This document shows, piece after piece, positions 11,350 to 23,859 of a DNA stretch of 64,000 nucleotides (the first letter of the stretch is position 1; every line of letters starts with the position of its first letter). Under the pieces are notes generated by a model. That model was given only the letters and a program-made list of their open reading frames with translations. It was not told where the DNA came from and did no database searches. The position numbers and the translations under genes are program-made. Source of the stretch: Geosiphon pyriformis uo1 (taxonomy: Eukaryota > Fungi > Glomeromycota); assembly GCA_016748015.1 (NCBI GenBank), contig JAAOMT010000531.1, forward strand, positions 124,001 to 188,000, written 5' to 3'.

Positions 11350-12896
11350 TTTAAAGACTAATAAACAGTGGCTTCAACTAGGGGATCCTCTCCAAAGAAA
11401 TTGATGTTGGCATGATTGGGTCTTTGGTTGGGCACATTGTTGTTGTTGATCTTGTTGTTTTGAGCATCATTGTTTCTGGGGACTGGTGGAGGCAGTGGAA
11501 GATTGTTGCAATCTCTTAAAAAGTGTCCAGTTAATCCACAGTGATAGCATACAGGTGGGCCATGATTTTGTTGTCTTTGATAAGGTGGTTGCTGGGGCTG
11601 ATTGAAGCGTGGTTCAAATCTGGGTCTTTGTGGTTGCTGATTTTCTCTGACTGCTTGGGCTAAGGGTTCTAATAACTGAGCAAAATTTACTGTGAGTCTG
11701 TCTATTAACTGTTCATTTGGATCTTGAGTGTGAATGGCAAAAGAAGTAGCAGCCATTTGAGGGGCAGGAGCCATGACAGAAACAGAAACAAAAACTGGTA
11801 GTGTGGATCCCAAGTGCATCCTTTGGTTGTCTTCAATTCTTTGTGCTAATTCAATGGCCATATTCATGGTGGAATTATCTTTCAGGACCAGGAGGAGCCA
11901 AAGAGCATATGATAGATCAGTTCTCAATCCTTTTGTGAAGGAGTGAATTTTTTGCTCTTCTGTCCAATTTTTTCCAGTGTCTACTCATTTGATTAACTTT
12001 CTGATTGCTTTGGCGTATTTGGTTACAACTTTACCAGGACCTTGGGTTCTTCTTTCCAATTCCATACGCCATTTTGATATTAATATTGGGGTTCTGAACT
12101 TGTTTTCAAACCGGGTAGTAAAAAAAGTGTTGATTTCTCCCACATTTGCTGGTGTCCATCTAACAATTCTTTGCTGGGCATTGGCATCTGTTTCTTGTGA
12201 GAACCAGATAGCAGGGGATCCTTGAAGGTAGCCACCAACAATTTGGAACTTGTACTCATTATTATATTAATTGGCTGTAGCAGCTCTTTCAAAGTCATCC
12301 AACCATTCAATTGGATCTTGTGCATCACTTTTAAATAATGGTATTGGGGTGTTGTTTCTTCGCCCTAGAGCAGTTTGTATACCTTGGAGGGCGGCCAGAA
12401 TGTTTGCTTGCATGAGGTCATTAGCCATTGGTTCAGGGGTAACTGTTTGTATAGATGAGTCTAATTCACTTGATAAAAAATCAAAAACAGGTGCAGTTTG
12501 GTAGCTTTCTTCTTCTGTTTCAAAGGGAGTTTCAGTTGCTTGATGGGCAGCAATCCAAATGTGGATTTGATGATTCAGATATTCGAAATCAGAGGGCTGT
12601 TGTTCAAAGGTTGCAGAATATAAGAGCTGATTGATACTGTTGTTTCTTTCTTCAAAGTCATTTTCAAAATAAGCTTGGTCAAAGTAATAGGTTGTATAAG
12701 CATTGTAGGTTTCAGCTGAATGCTGGTTCAGGAACCAGTTCCAAAAGTCTTGGAATTGTCTACTGGATTGTTTTTTAAGAGGAAAGCAGATCAAGCAGGA
12801 GGGCAAGAGATTGAGTTCAATAAAGTCTAGATCGTTTCTGTTGTGTGCTGCAAAGTGTTCTTCTGATTGCTGTGGCAGATATGAGTAATCACCCAT
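11343..12896 (-). pseudogene. gag: gag of B
   Basis: MGDYSYLPQ... to ...LNW*, with CYHCGLTGHFLRDC knuckle. Confidence 0.92.
11349..11355 (-). promoter_or_regulatory. Putative -1 frameshift heptamer T TTA AAC (B)
   Basis: Same phase and context as in A, followed 5 nt later by a GC-rich potential hairpin. Confidence 0.8.
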
Positions 12897-12925
12897 ACAA
12901 TAAGGGAATAAGTGAATTTTGACAA

Positions 12926-12942
12926 CCTCACAGGGAGCACTA
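12926..12942 (-). promoter_or_regulatory. Primer-binding site of B
   Basis: TAGTGCTCCCTGTGAGG 6 nt after the 5' LTR. Confidence 0.85.
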
Positions 12943-12948
12943 CTTTTA

Positions 12949-13578
12949 TGTTACAGGTTGGAGTAACAAGCTAATGGATAGCAAGGAAGAACAGTATTGT
13001 ATGGTGATGGAAATAAACAAAAAAGGAATTACAATAAGGGAGCAAATTGAATAAGTAGGAATTCAATGTGCATGATCAGTCTCATAAAAATCACAGTTGC
13101 TAATCTTTTCTTAAATCTGAAGGTAGAGAAATAGTCCGTGATTGTCAACAAGATAACACCGGTGTTATTATTCTATGCCTCAACTCGGCGATTCTTAGAA
13201 TCAATAACAGGTATCATTGTACTTTTCAATTGTTTCTTTATTCAATAAATTACAAGAGCAAGCCAATTGCTTCTCAGGCTAATTCTAACAAATACAAATC
13301 AAGAAGGGGAAAAGATAAGGTATGTGAATGCCAACAAGTAGATACTTAAAGGTAAGGAAAGGGGAATAAGCGATTATAAGAGGAAGTAATTGATATTGTT
13401 TATTTTATTACTTTGATCATATCTTTCTACAACTAAAGGAATTATCGCTTATATAGCTATCTAAAGTGGTCAACGATCAGGTCAACAATCATTATCTAAA
13501 AATAGGGTGGCTAATTATATGACATCATTGGCTAATACATGTGATAATTAATAAAAACTATGTGTTTCAACTGTAACA
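12949..13578 (-). repeat. 5' LTR of B (630 bp)
   Basis: Direct repeat of 5866-6615. Confidence 0.95.
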
Positions 13579-13652
13579 ATATTTTACTATATCTACTTCT
13601 GATTGGTTAATAACTATGCTAATATATATTCCCTATATTTCTATGAGTAATA

Positions 13653-14430
13653 CTGAGATGAACATCTTGAACACTTGCAAAAGGTTTTTGACCTGCTCAG
13701 AAATGCTGGCCTTAAAATTAACCTAATTAAATCTTTCTTTGGATGCCAATCTACCCAGTTTTTTGATCATTTTATTACAAAAAATGGAATTTTCCCTGAC
13801 CCAGCTAAAGTTGAAAAAGTTCAGAATATTAGACAACCAATGAATGTTCCTAAACTATGTTCTTTCCTTGGTTTGGTCTCTTACTATTGCAAATTTATCA
13901 AGGATTTCTCTAAAATTGTCTTTCTTCTTAATCAGCTACTCAAAAAAAATGTCAATTATTACTGAGACACTCATCAACAAAAAGCTTTTGAAATTCTAAA
14001 GGAAAAACTTATTACTAAACCAATTCTCATGCAATCTGATCTGGACCAATCTTTCATCCTCCATACTAATGTATCTGACTATAGACTTGGTGTTGTCCTT
14101 TCATAGAAAAATGAAAATGGCAGAGAACATGCCATAGCATATGTCAGTAGATCTCTCACACCAGCAGAAAAGAATTATTCAGTCACTGAACAAGAATGTT
14201 TAGCAGTAGTTTGGACTACTAGTTACTGAGATCAATATCTTTTTGGTGCAAAATTCTTAGTAGTAACAGATCATCAAGTCTTGGTTTGGCTGCGTAATAA
14301 AAAGAAGTTGAAACACAAATAAATAACTTGCTGGATACTCCACTTGGATGAATTTGACTATAATATTTAACACTACAAAGGAGCAAATCATCAAAATGCC
14401 AATGCTTTCTCTAAACTTACCATCTAATGA
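13653..14430 (+). pseudogene. pol: pol of A, part 2 (RT C-half, RNase H)
   Basis: Resumes DEHLEHLQKVF exactly where part 1 stops and ends at TGA TAA as in B. Confidence 0.9.
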
Positions 14431-14494
14431 TAATACAATCTCTTAAACCAAACCAACTTAATTATTAGTAACTCTTTCACAAACAAACACGATA

Positions 14495-15923
14495 ATAGAC
14501 TTGGACAACTACTCTGCCTTAATGGAATTTTTGGGTAAAGGACAATACCCACCAGAATACACTTAACAGCAAAGAGAACATTTGCACAAACAATCAAATT
14601 TCTATTTGATTCACCAAAACCAGCTATATAAAAGAAATAGAAAAGATTTTGACTGCCCCCAGAGAGTCATCAAATTTGAAGAAAGAGAATTTAATAATAT
14701 ATAACATGTATACTGATCCATTAACTAGACACTTTGGAAAAACAAAAACAATTCAGAAAACTTTAGCTTACTATTATTGGCCTATATTGGGAAAGAACAT
14801 TGTTGAATACATCAAAACCTGTAACATCTGCCAAAAAAGAGGCAAACCCAATCACAAAAAAATATCCATTCAATCTTTGTTGGTCAACTATTTGACAGAA
14901 TTGGTATAAATGTTGTTGGACCTTTAACAATAACTCCTGATGGCAACAGATACATTATTACAGCTACTAACTATCTTACAAAGTAAGTAAAAGCAAAAGC
15001 CACTCCTGACCAAACAGCAATTTCAATAGCCAATTTCATTTATGAAGATATTATTTGCCATCATGGCTGTCCCAAAAAACTTTTATTTGATAAAAGAAGA
15101 GTTTTTCTCAGTACATTGGTTGAAAAAAACAGCAATTTCAATAGCCAATTTCATTTATGAAGATATTATTTGCCATTATGGCTGTCCCAAAAAACTTTTA
15201 TCTGATAAAAGAAGAGTTTTTCTCAGTACATTGGTTGAAAAACTTTGTAGAAAAATGGGAATATATCATAAACTTTCCTCTTCTTATTACCCCCAAACAA
15301 ATGACCTAGTGGAATGTTTTAATAGAACACTATGTGAAACCCTAGCCAAAACCAGTAAAAAAACAAACTTATGAAACAAAGTATTGTCTTCAGCTTTGTT
15401 TGCTTATAGAACTGTGAATTATGACATAACAAGTTATGAATCTTTTTATCTGTTTTATGGATGTATGGCAACACTACCAATAGAAACTGACATTAAAACA
15501 ATATTCTTTGAAGAGATCACAATAGGAAATTACAAAAATATTTTGCAAAGAAGACTTGGTACCATTCTTGATTCCTTGGTTGAAGCACAAATAATTGCTT
15601 TTAAAAAGATAAAACAGTTCCAAGAAAAGCTTAAAAAAAAGAAAACCTATAAAACACTTTCTTTAAGTGTTGGTAACTTGGTATTAGAATATCATTTTGA
15701 CAGAGACAATGTCTATAGTAATAAATTCTCTAGCTAATGGAAAAGACTTTTTATAGTCAACAAAGTTTTGAACAATGGTTTTTATATTCTTCAAGATCAA
15801 TCTGGAACAATCTTCAATGATTGTTTTGTTCATAGTACATAACTCAAGAAATATCATAAACGACCTAATTAGTTGCCTGTTGTGGTAATACTGACTCAAA
15901 TAATTAACAAAAATCAAGTATAA
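14495..15923 (+). pseudogene. Stand-alone integrase ORF of A (decayed, with 115-bp internal tandem duplication)
   Basis: Colinear with B integrase. Start ATG mutated to ATA. Confidence 0.87.
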
Positions 15924-15964
15924 ATAAATGCACTATTTCCAAAACAGAAGTATCTTTAATCAAC

Positions 15965-16621
15965 ATAAACAATTATTTTCTGAATTAAAACATTTAAAAC
16001 ACCTTCTATACTCTCTATAAATATTAGATCAAAAACTATCCAAATGCTACTTTGACTATTGGAAAACAAACCACTATAACTGATAATAGTGAAACATATA
16101 CTGTTATTAGACCAAAAAAAACTACTATCAAAAGAGAAAAAATTGGTAGCAAAATGAATAAATATCTGTTGAAAAGTATAACAGCAGCTATACTCTTACC
16201 TTCCAGTACAATTGAAAAAACACTTCAAGAAATCTTACCTATAGACAAAAACTTGTCATATAAAAGACAATTAGAACTCTATGGTCACCTTGGTGAAATC
16301 ATAAAAGATATGAAACTCATGAAAAAAACAACTTCAGAAATACAGGCAGAAATTTTGGGCATTATACAGTTAGATGTCCCAAGAGTTTTAACTATTGCTA
16401 AAAAAGCCAAAACTCTAATACAAAGATTTGGTCTCTTGGATACAAAACTCATTTCGCCTCAAGTGTTATATATTCTATCTACAAAAGACTTCAACAAATT
16501 AGTTAGCTTTGAGTTAAATAAAACTTTTCAATTAGATTACATCATGAATAGCTTAATTTTGCCGGAGCTTAATCTCTTTGAAGAGAATAATATTATGGTT
16601 GAAACTTACACTTCTTTTTAA
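15965..16621 (+). pseudogene. ORF-X of A
   Basis: Colinear with B ORF-X, running through the PPT into the 3' LTR. Confidence 0.85.
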
Positions 16622-17328
16622 TTATTACATGTATTAACCACTAATGTTATATAAATTAACCACTCTATTTTTAGAAAGTAATCATTGACCTGACTGTTAA
16701 TTTGATCATTGATCTGATTATTAACTTAATTAATGATCTGATTATTGACCTGATCATTGACCTGATCATTGACCTAATTGTTGATTTAATTATTGATCAC
16801 TTTTGATAACTATATAAATAATGGATCTCTTAGCTGTAGAAAAATATGTAAAAATCAAGGAAATCAAATAAATAAAATAACAACTTTTATCTTAATCTTT
16901 TTCTTATTGCTAATTTCTCTTTTCCTATCTTCAAATATCTGAATATCTTAGAGTAAAAGATCATTTGTTGGTTATTTCTTATTCTTTTTCTGACTTGTAT
17001 AATTGTAGCATTTGAAGATTATTGAATAAAGCATGACTGAAGAGTACATCTGATACCTAATATTGAATTCTAAGAGCACTAATATAAGGCATAAAATTAT
17101 ACAAGGCATAATTATTTGTTAACAGTACAGACTATCCCTTTATTTTCAGATTCCCAGGTTATCTTTGAAAAGTATAGTGACTGAGATATTTTATAAGACT
17201 GATTTTACACATTGAATCCATACTTATTTAATTCACTCTTTGAAATTGAAATCTCTTTGATTATTTTCATTACCCTACAATCCTGTTTTCCCTTATTATC
17301 CGTTAGCTTGTTACTCCAATCCATAACA
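16591..17328 (+). repeat. 3' LTR of A (738 bp)
   Basis: Direct repeat of 948-1613, preceded by purine-rich GAAGAGAATAA. Confidence 0.93.
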
Positions 17329-18100
17329 CTATAATAATAATTATTTTTTTTGGTGTATTCATAAAAATTTCTTTAATTACCACAGTCTAATCTGAATATA
17401 TTTCTTGTTTTTTGAAATTGATGTTTACAATGATTTTTTTTTTCTGGCCAATGCTACAGCTTTTTTTATATTCTTTTCTAATGTAAATATTAATTTAATA
17501 ATTCCTTCAAATTTTGAAAAAGTAGTGACTCCCCAAAATTATTGATAGTTAAAAAAAATTTCTAATGTATTAAGTTTTTGTCATTATTAATTTGTCTTTT
17601 ATAGCTGAAAGATTAACATCCAAGACAAAAAATTTTTTAATTAATATTTTTACTGAATTTTCACTATTTTTAAATCAATTTATCTTTTGTTCAAAGAAAT
17701 ATCAAGAGAAGATAAAAAGAAGCCAATTTCATCATCTATTTTAAAATTCAGAAAACTAAAAAACAAGTCACAAACCATGTCAATATTTACTTTTTTCATC
17801 TTAAAAGTAGCAGCAGCAGAATTCAGAAGAAATTCATTATTTACACTATTTATAAAGCCATTGTCTTAACTCTTACTAGACTTACTGCTCATATCTAAAT
17901 AAACATTATTACTAAAATTAGACCTCCTTAAAAAAACATTTCTTTTATTACCTGAGTGCTTAATATTCCTAGCACAATCTTCTTTTTCTGAAAAAAAAAC
18001 CACCAGCAGAACTATAAAAAGCTCTTTTGGGCACCTTTTTTTTAGCCATATTATTACTTGAAACAGTTTTCAAATCTATGAAATATTGAAAGATAATAAC
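17329..18100 (-). mobile_element. LINE-1st copy, 5' part of ORF1 (ATG at 18049) and leader
   Basis: Minus strand reads MAKKKVPKRAFYSSAGGFF... then a degenerate frame, continuous with 1-947 across element A. Confidence 0.55.
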
Positions 18101-18978
18101 AGAAAAAACAAAAAATTTTTTTTTCAAAAAATGTTCTTTGGAAAATTTTGGACATAAAAGAGAAAGAAGTTTTTACTAAATAATGTTATTAATAGTAATT
18201 GGTTATACTTATTAAATAAAAATAATTAAAAAATTTGAAATAATTGTTTTATTGTGTTTTATTTTTTATTTTTATAAAATATTATTAACAAAATATTTTA
18301 CAGTTTTATAATATTAATACTATTATGTTTCATATTTTTAAGATTGTTAATTTTAAATTAATACATATTGTTAATAATTATTGTTAAATTTAAATCTAAT
18401 AAAATAGCTTTTTAGTTTTTAAAATTTTTTTTGATTTTTTAATAAAATTATTTGTGGTTTTTTTTAAATGTTAAATGCTTGATTTTTGGAATTATGTTTA
18501 CTTGTTAATAATCACTAATTAGGATTAAAATTAAAAACCATTTGGAATGTCATTAATTTTAGACAAAGAATAAGCATTCTTTGTTATAACATTATTGAGT
18601 TTTTAGTAGTTTACACAATCTTGATTTTTTTATTTTAACAAGAACAACTGGTAAAGTTCAAAAGCTTATTTGAAAGTTAAAATAAATCATTATTGGGAAT
18701 TTGTTGCATTTTTCTGATAAACTGGTAGATGGTACTTTATAGACTTGCTGGCAAATTGGAAAAATATCCGCAAATTATTTCATGACCATGATTGTAAGAC
18801 ACATTAAGAATTCGAATTTCGGGTTGATATTGAAACTCGTTTTTTAATTCAACCACACCCGGCGATCGTGGCTTTTCTGATTGGTATTTTTTGCCACATG
18901 TGGCTTTAAAAAGTTATAAATGAAATTTCAAATTTATCAACAATCAATCTCTCATTTTCCTGGGAAATAATATTTGAA

Positions 18979-21082
18979 ATGCTCGTGAATAAAAATCAAA
19001 AATCCCAATTCGCTCCAATGGTGGAGAAAGCAATTGACGAGATTTCTGAAGAATTGCGAGAAATCAGTTTGAAGGTAATTATAACAAGCTTTGGTATATT
19101 TTCACATTGATAATACTCCCATTGAGCTTCATCCTCAACACTAAGATACACTCAAAACCTGAAATCGGAGGTGAAGAACATTTCGCCCATGATATTTTGG
19201 CCAATTATCTTAAACGGAAAGGTTTCAGCGTGACCCAACATGCGTACGGTCTTGAAACTGCGTTTCGAGCAGAATTTGTGTATGATGGATTGTCAGGCAA
19301 TGGAAGGACAATATCATTTAATTCAGAGTAAATATTTGAATGGCGTATTTGAAGATATCTTGGAGGTTGAACTCATAAAAAAACATTCTTAATTTTGGTT
19401 GGTTAGATATGATGCTTTACCAGAAATTGGGCATGCATGTGGCCACAATTTGATTGCAATTTCGGGCGTTGCTGCAGCAATTGGTAAGTTTGTCTTATTT
19501 AAACCTTTCGCACAATGGATAATCTTGATATTTTTACACCGTTTTTAATCATTTTTAGGAGTTTTGAATGTCATAAAAAGCCAAAATATAGCTGGGAAGG
19601 TTGTACTTTTTGGCACACCTGCGGAAGGTGCCTCTTCTCAATTTTTACTCTTGAATATTTTTCGAAAGACAATAAAATCTAATTAGGAACCTCATCTTAA
19701 ATAGAAAACCTAAGTGGTAAGATACCCATGATTAAAGCTCAAGCATTCAAAAATGTGGATATTTGCTTGATGGTTCACCCAGCGTAAGGCTATAAATACG
19801 GATCTACTTTGTAACAAAAGAAGTTAAATACTACTATGAAATATACTTTTTTAGATGGATTGAAACCCTTGGTCCACATTATTTAGCTTGCGTTGAAGGA
19901 AACGTGGAGTATTTTGGGAAACCTGCTCATGCTGCTGGTAAATATTTTGAATTATGTGAAAAAGTAAATCATCTTGCGAGCCTTGCAAATTTAACTTAAC
20001 CTAATTTTCTATGAAGCGGCACCTTGGCAAGGTAATCATTTGAAGTGAACAGTTTTGCAATTTGAATTTAAGTTTAAACCGTTGATTGATTTTCTCTTCA
20101 ACAGGAAAAAATGCACTTGATGCCGCAATCTTAGCTTACAACTCAATATCTGTATTAAGGCAACAAATTTTGCCTACCAGCCGGTAAAAAACAAAAGTTT
20201 TGAACATCAATTTCAAAAAAGTTCACATTTTTTTATTGTGGTCTCATCAGACTTCATGCAATCATCAAAAATGGAGGACATGCTGTCAATGGTACTTGAA
20301 AATATCAATCTTGATCCTTTTTTGAATCTGCGTGTTGTATTCAAAAATTGAAAATCTTTTAGTGATTCCTGACTACACCTCCATTAAATTCATGATTCGC
20401 ACAAAAAAGTATCCTGACCTTGCCATACTCAAGCAACAAGTAAAGAAATGTTTTGATTTTGCTGCCAATGCTACTGGATGTCAGATAAAAATGAGTTGGG
20501 GCAAAGAATGTTATGGTATCTTTAGGAATGTTCTTTGTTTTATTTTCCCAGTAACAATCTCATCCTGATAAATTTTCGTGATCTCAGATGTGATTGTGAA
20601 TGACCACCTCGCCCAAAGGTTTGCGCAGCATATGATTCAATATGGTGTGGAGTATCCTGAAGATGAAGGAAGTGGAATGGGAGGGTCGACTGATATGGTA
20701 GAGGTCCATTACTTTTTAAAAGCATTGAATGTTTGTGCATTAAGCATTAACATTTAAATTCCTGTGTTCTTGAATAAGGGGAATGTCAGCTATGAAGTAC
20801 CCAGTATTCACGTGGGGTAAAAAACTTTTTTTTTCATTTCTCAAAATTTAATCTCCAATCCTTCAACTTAATACAAACTTCACTGTATTAAGCTATGACA
20901 TAGGAACAAAAAACAAGATTCATACTCCAGAATTTGAAAAAGATGCGCAAACAGAGGAAGCACATTTTAGAACTTTAAGGGCATCAAAATCACTGGCATT
21001 GACTGCTTTGGACGTTTTGGTTGATGAGAAGTTTTTCCAAGATGTCAGAAGGGAGTTTGAAAGTGTGAAGCCGAAGCTGTAA
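18979..21082 (+). CDS. M20D-family amidohydrolase/dipeptidase (PM20D2/ACY1L2-like), 13 exons
   Basis: Spliced reading gives [68 protein letters not shown] introns, stop TAA 21080-21082. Confidence 0.92.
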
Positions 21083-21789
21083 CAGGATTGAGGTGAGATA
21101 AAAATGATCCTGAAATATTTATAAATAAGAAAATAACTACGAGAAAAGAAGAAATCAAAATTTAAAAGTTCGTAACTTTTTGCTTATTCAAGAATTTTTG
21201 TTGTAGATAATATCAAAACAATGACTGTTATTTACGCTAAATTCCTTTCTGTGAAAGCTTACATTATTAAAGTTATGGTTTAAAATATAAATTAAAAATT
21301 TATCGAGTTTATAATTTATCAATTCAAACATTTTAATCAAATAAATACTTTTCAACCAATATTGCCAGTTTCAAAAAGCCAAAAACATTAATATTTAACA
21401 TTAAATTATTGGTGTGCATCGACATTCACACTAGCGACTTGACTGGCAACGGACTAGAATAGCCTGGCGATTAGAAAGATGACCTACAACAAACATTGTC
21501 CAAGTAACAAGTGTATCAAATGGAAACAAACGACCACACGTGAATATGCTAGAAAGATAAAGATTGATACCCAAAAGTTAGTTCACGGTTGCTATGAAGA
21601 GATGGGCGATGAAAAAAAGCCCCCCAAGAAAGTCTTGAGCTGATAATGGACGCGCATTGGGAGTATATATAGAAACCTGCAGCTGCATGACGTAAACATC
21701 TGGAGTCAATCAAAAGTTGCTGATAGAAGTGAGATAATCTTTGATCCGATATAAAAAAGTTATCTGAAAAGACACTTTCTTTATGAAAA

Positions 21790-23859
21790 ATGGCTGATCA
21801 ATTGGCGACGATTGTGGAAAATGCAATCGAAACAATATCTCTAGAGCTACGAAAAATTAGCTTAGAGGTAATTCTTTTTCATCATCGGACTACACAACCA
21901 GCTCATTAAAATAAACATGCGTAACATGTTTATTTGTTACCAAGATTCACTCAAATCCAGAGCTAGGCAACAATGAAAAATTCGCTCACAAGATACTTAC
22001 AGAGTATCTTACGACGAAAGGGTTTCAAGTTAGCCCCTGCGTCTCTGGTTTAGAAACAGCATTTCGTGCTGAATTTGTCAATGTTGTTGATGGAAAGCCT
22101 GGGCGGACGGTCTCATTTAATTCAGAGTATGTATATCTGGAGTGATTCTAGTTCATTCTGAATCAATTATAGTAAAGTAATTTGCCTTTATAGATACGAT
22201 TGTTTGCCTAAAATTGGACATGCATGTGGTCATAATCTGATAGCAATATCTGGTGTGGCTGCGGCATATGGTAGAGCATCTTTTTCATATATAATAACAA
22301 ATTTAATTTTTTTTGCAAATTACAGATTCTAATATACTATTATATTTGGTCAGCGGTAAAAGTTGGGATGATAACAAAAGGCATTCCTGGAAAGGTTGTA
22401 CTTTTTGGTACTCCTGCTGAAGGTATGTCACACCTAATCAATCACATGTTTTAAAATTAATAAAGAGTTCATTAATTCTTTTTTCTTAAGAAACGTTAAC
22501 GGGCAAAATTCCTATGATCAAAGCTGGAGCTTACAAAAATGTTGATGTCTGTTTGATGGCTCATCCAGCGTTAGTTTTAATAATTTTATACAGAGAATTG
22601 AGTTGGTAGCTTTTCTTAGCTTATCCAATAAATAACGGCTTTGTTAGGTCGATAGACACTGTTGGACCAATATATTTGTCTTCTACCACAGTCACTGTTG
22701 AATACTTTGGCAGACCCGCGCATGCTGCCGGTAATTGAAATGATTTTATTTTTAGATTTCCCGCGGAAAATTACTCAAATTTGACTTTGTTTAGGGGCTC
22801 CATGGCAAGGTAGGGAAACAGAAGAAATATCCCAAAAGTCTCATGCAATCATACAAATTGAAAATATCGTTTATTATAGGGAAAAATGCTCTAGATGCTG
22901 TGGTAACGGCTTATAACTTGATTTCTGTCCTCAGACAGCAAATTTTACCCAGTAATCGGTACCAGATTTTCTCGCATTACAAAATTCATGAGATACTAAT
23001 TTTTTCATTCATAGGATCCATATGATTATTACTAAAGGAGGGGATGTCATAAACGGTAAGAGGATGCTTTTATATATTTCTCCAGCTCAAAATCTGGTTA
23101 AGATTTCCAAAAAGATTCTTGATTTTTATTTATAGTCATTCCCGCTAATGCTCAAATCAAAATCGGATTACGTACTGAAAAGATTTCTGAACTTGAGGAG
23201 CTCAAGATCAAGGTTCAGGCTTGTTACGAATCAATCGCTACTGCAACAGGCTGCAGTTTTGAGACGAACTGGGGTCCTCAAACTTGCGGTATTCACACTC
23301 TCCTCTTTTAATTCTGTGAATAGAAATTTTAACCATGTTTGTTTTTACGATTGAAACTTCCAGACGTCCAGGTAAATGAAAATTTAGCTAAGAGGTTTTC
23401 TCGATATATGTCTGACCGTGGAGTTCAATACCTCCCGGATGACTTGAAGCCTGGTAAAGGCTTTGGTGGATCTACTGATATGGTATTCAATCTTTGTTTT
23501 CGTTGATTTATTATTAGTTTAATCCTTTGAGTAATTAAACCTTAAAACAGGGTAACGTTACCTACGAAGTCCCAGGTATTCATGCTGTGTAATTATCCTT
23601 TAATATATTTCTGTTATTTAGTATTCTATTTATTAAGATCTAAATGCAGAGTTCTTGATTTCTCTTTTACTGCAGTTATAACATTGACACCAAGAATATG
23701 ATTCATACGGCTGAATTCGAAAAAGATGCTAAAACAGAAAAGGCACATACGGCTACCCTTCGTGTATCTAAGTGTTTGGGTTTAACAGCTATAGATGTCT
23801 TGGTTGATGACGAATTTTATAATTCTGTAAAAGAAGAATTTTTAAAAGGACCACAATGA
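21790..23859 (+). CDS. M20D-family amidohydrolase, tandem paralog, 13 exons
   Basis: [64 protein letters not shown]. Same intron positions as the upstream gene, stop TGA 23857-23859. Confidence 0.92.

Larger units (their letters stand above)
5866..13578 (-). mobile_element. Ty3/Gypsy LTR retrotransposon B (family 1), youngest copy of this nest
   Basis: LTRs 12949-13578 (5') and 5866-6615 (3'), TGTTAC/GTAACA ends, exact TSD ATAT (5862-5865, 13579-13582). Only nonsense lesions seen, no frameshifting indels. Confidence 0.97.
5124..13652 (-). mobile_element. Solo LTR E (family 2), pieces 5124-5865 and 13579-13652, split by element B
   Basis: Colinear with LTRs of C (38080-38952) apart from a ~54-bp deletion. 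Degenerate 4-bp TSD TTGG/CTGA from ancestral CTGG, as read from the intact site in B. Confidence 0.9.
948..17328 (+). mobile_element. Ty3/Gypsy LTR retrotransposon A (family 1), decayed, interrupted in RT by solo LTR E + element B
   Basis: Paired LTRs 948-1613 and 16591-17328 with TGTTAC..GTAACA-derived ends. Exact 4-bp TSD CTAT (944-947, 17329-17332). PBS, gag, PR, RT, RH, IN in Gypsy order. Confidence 0.95.
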
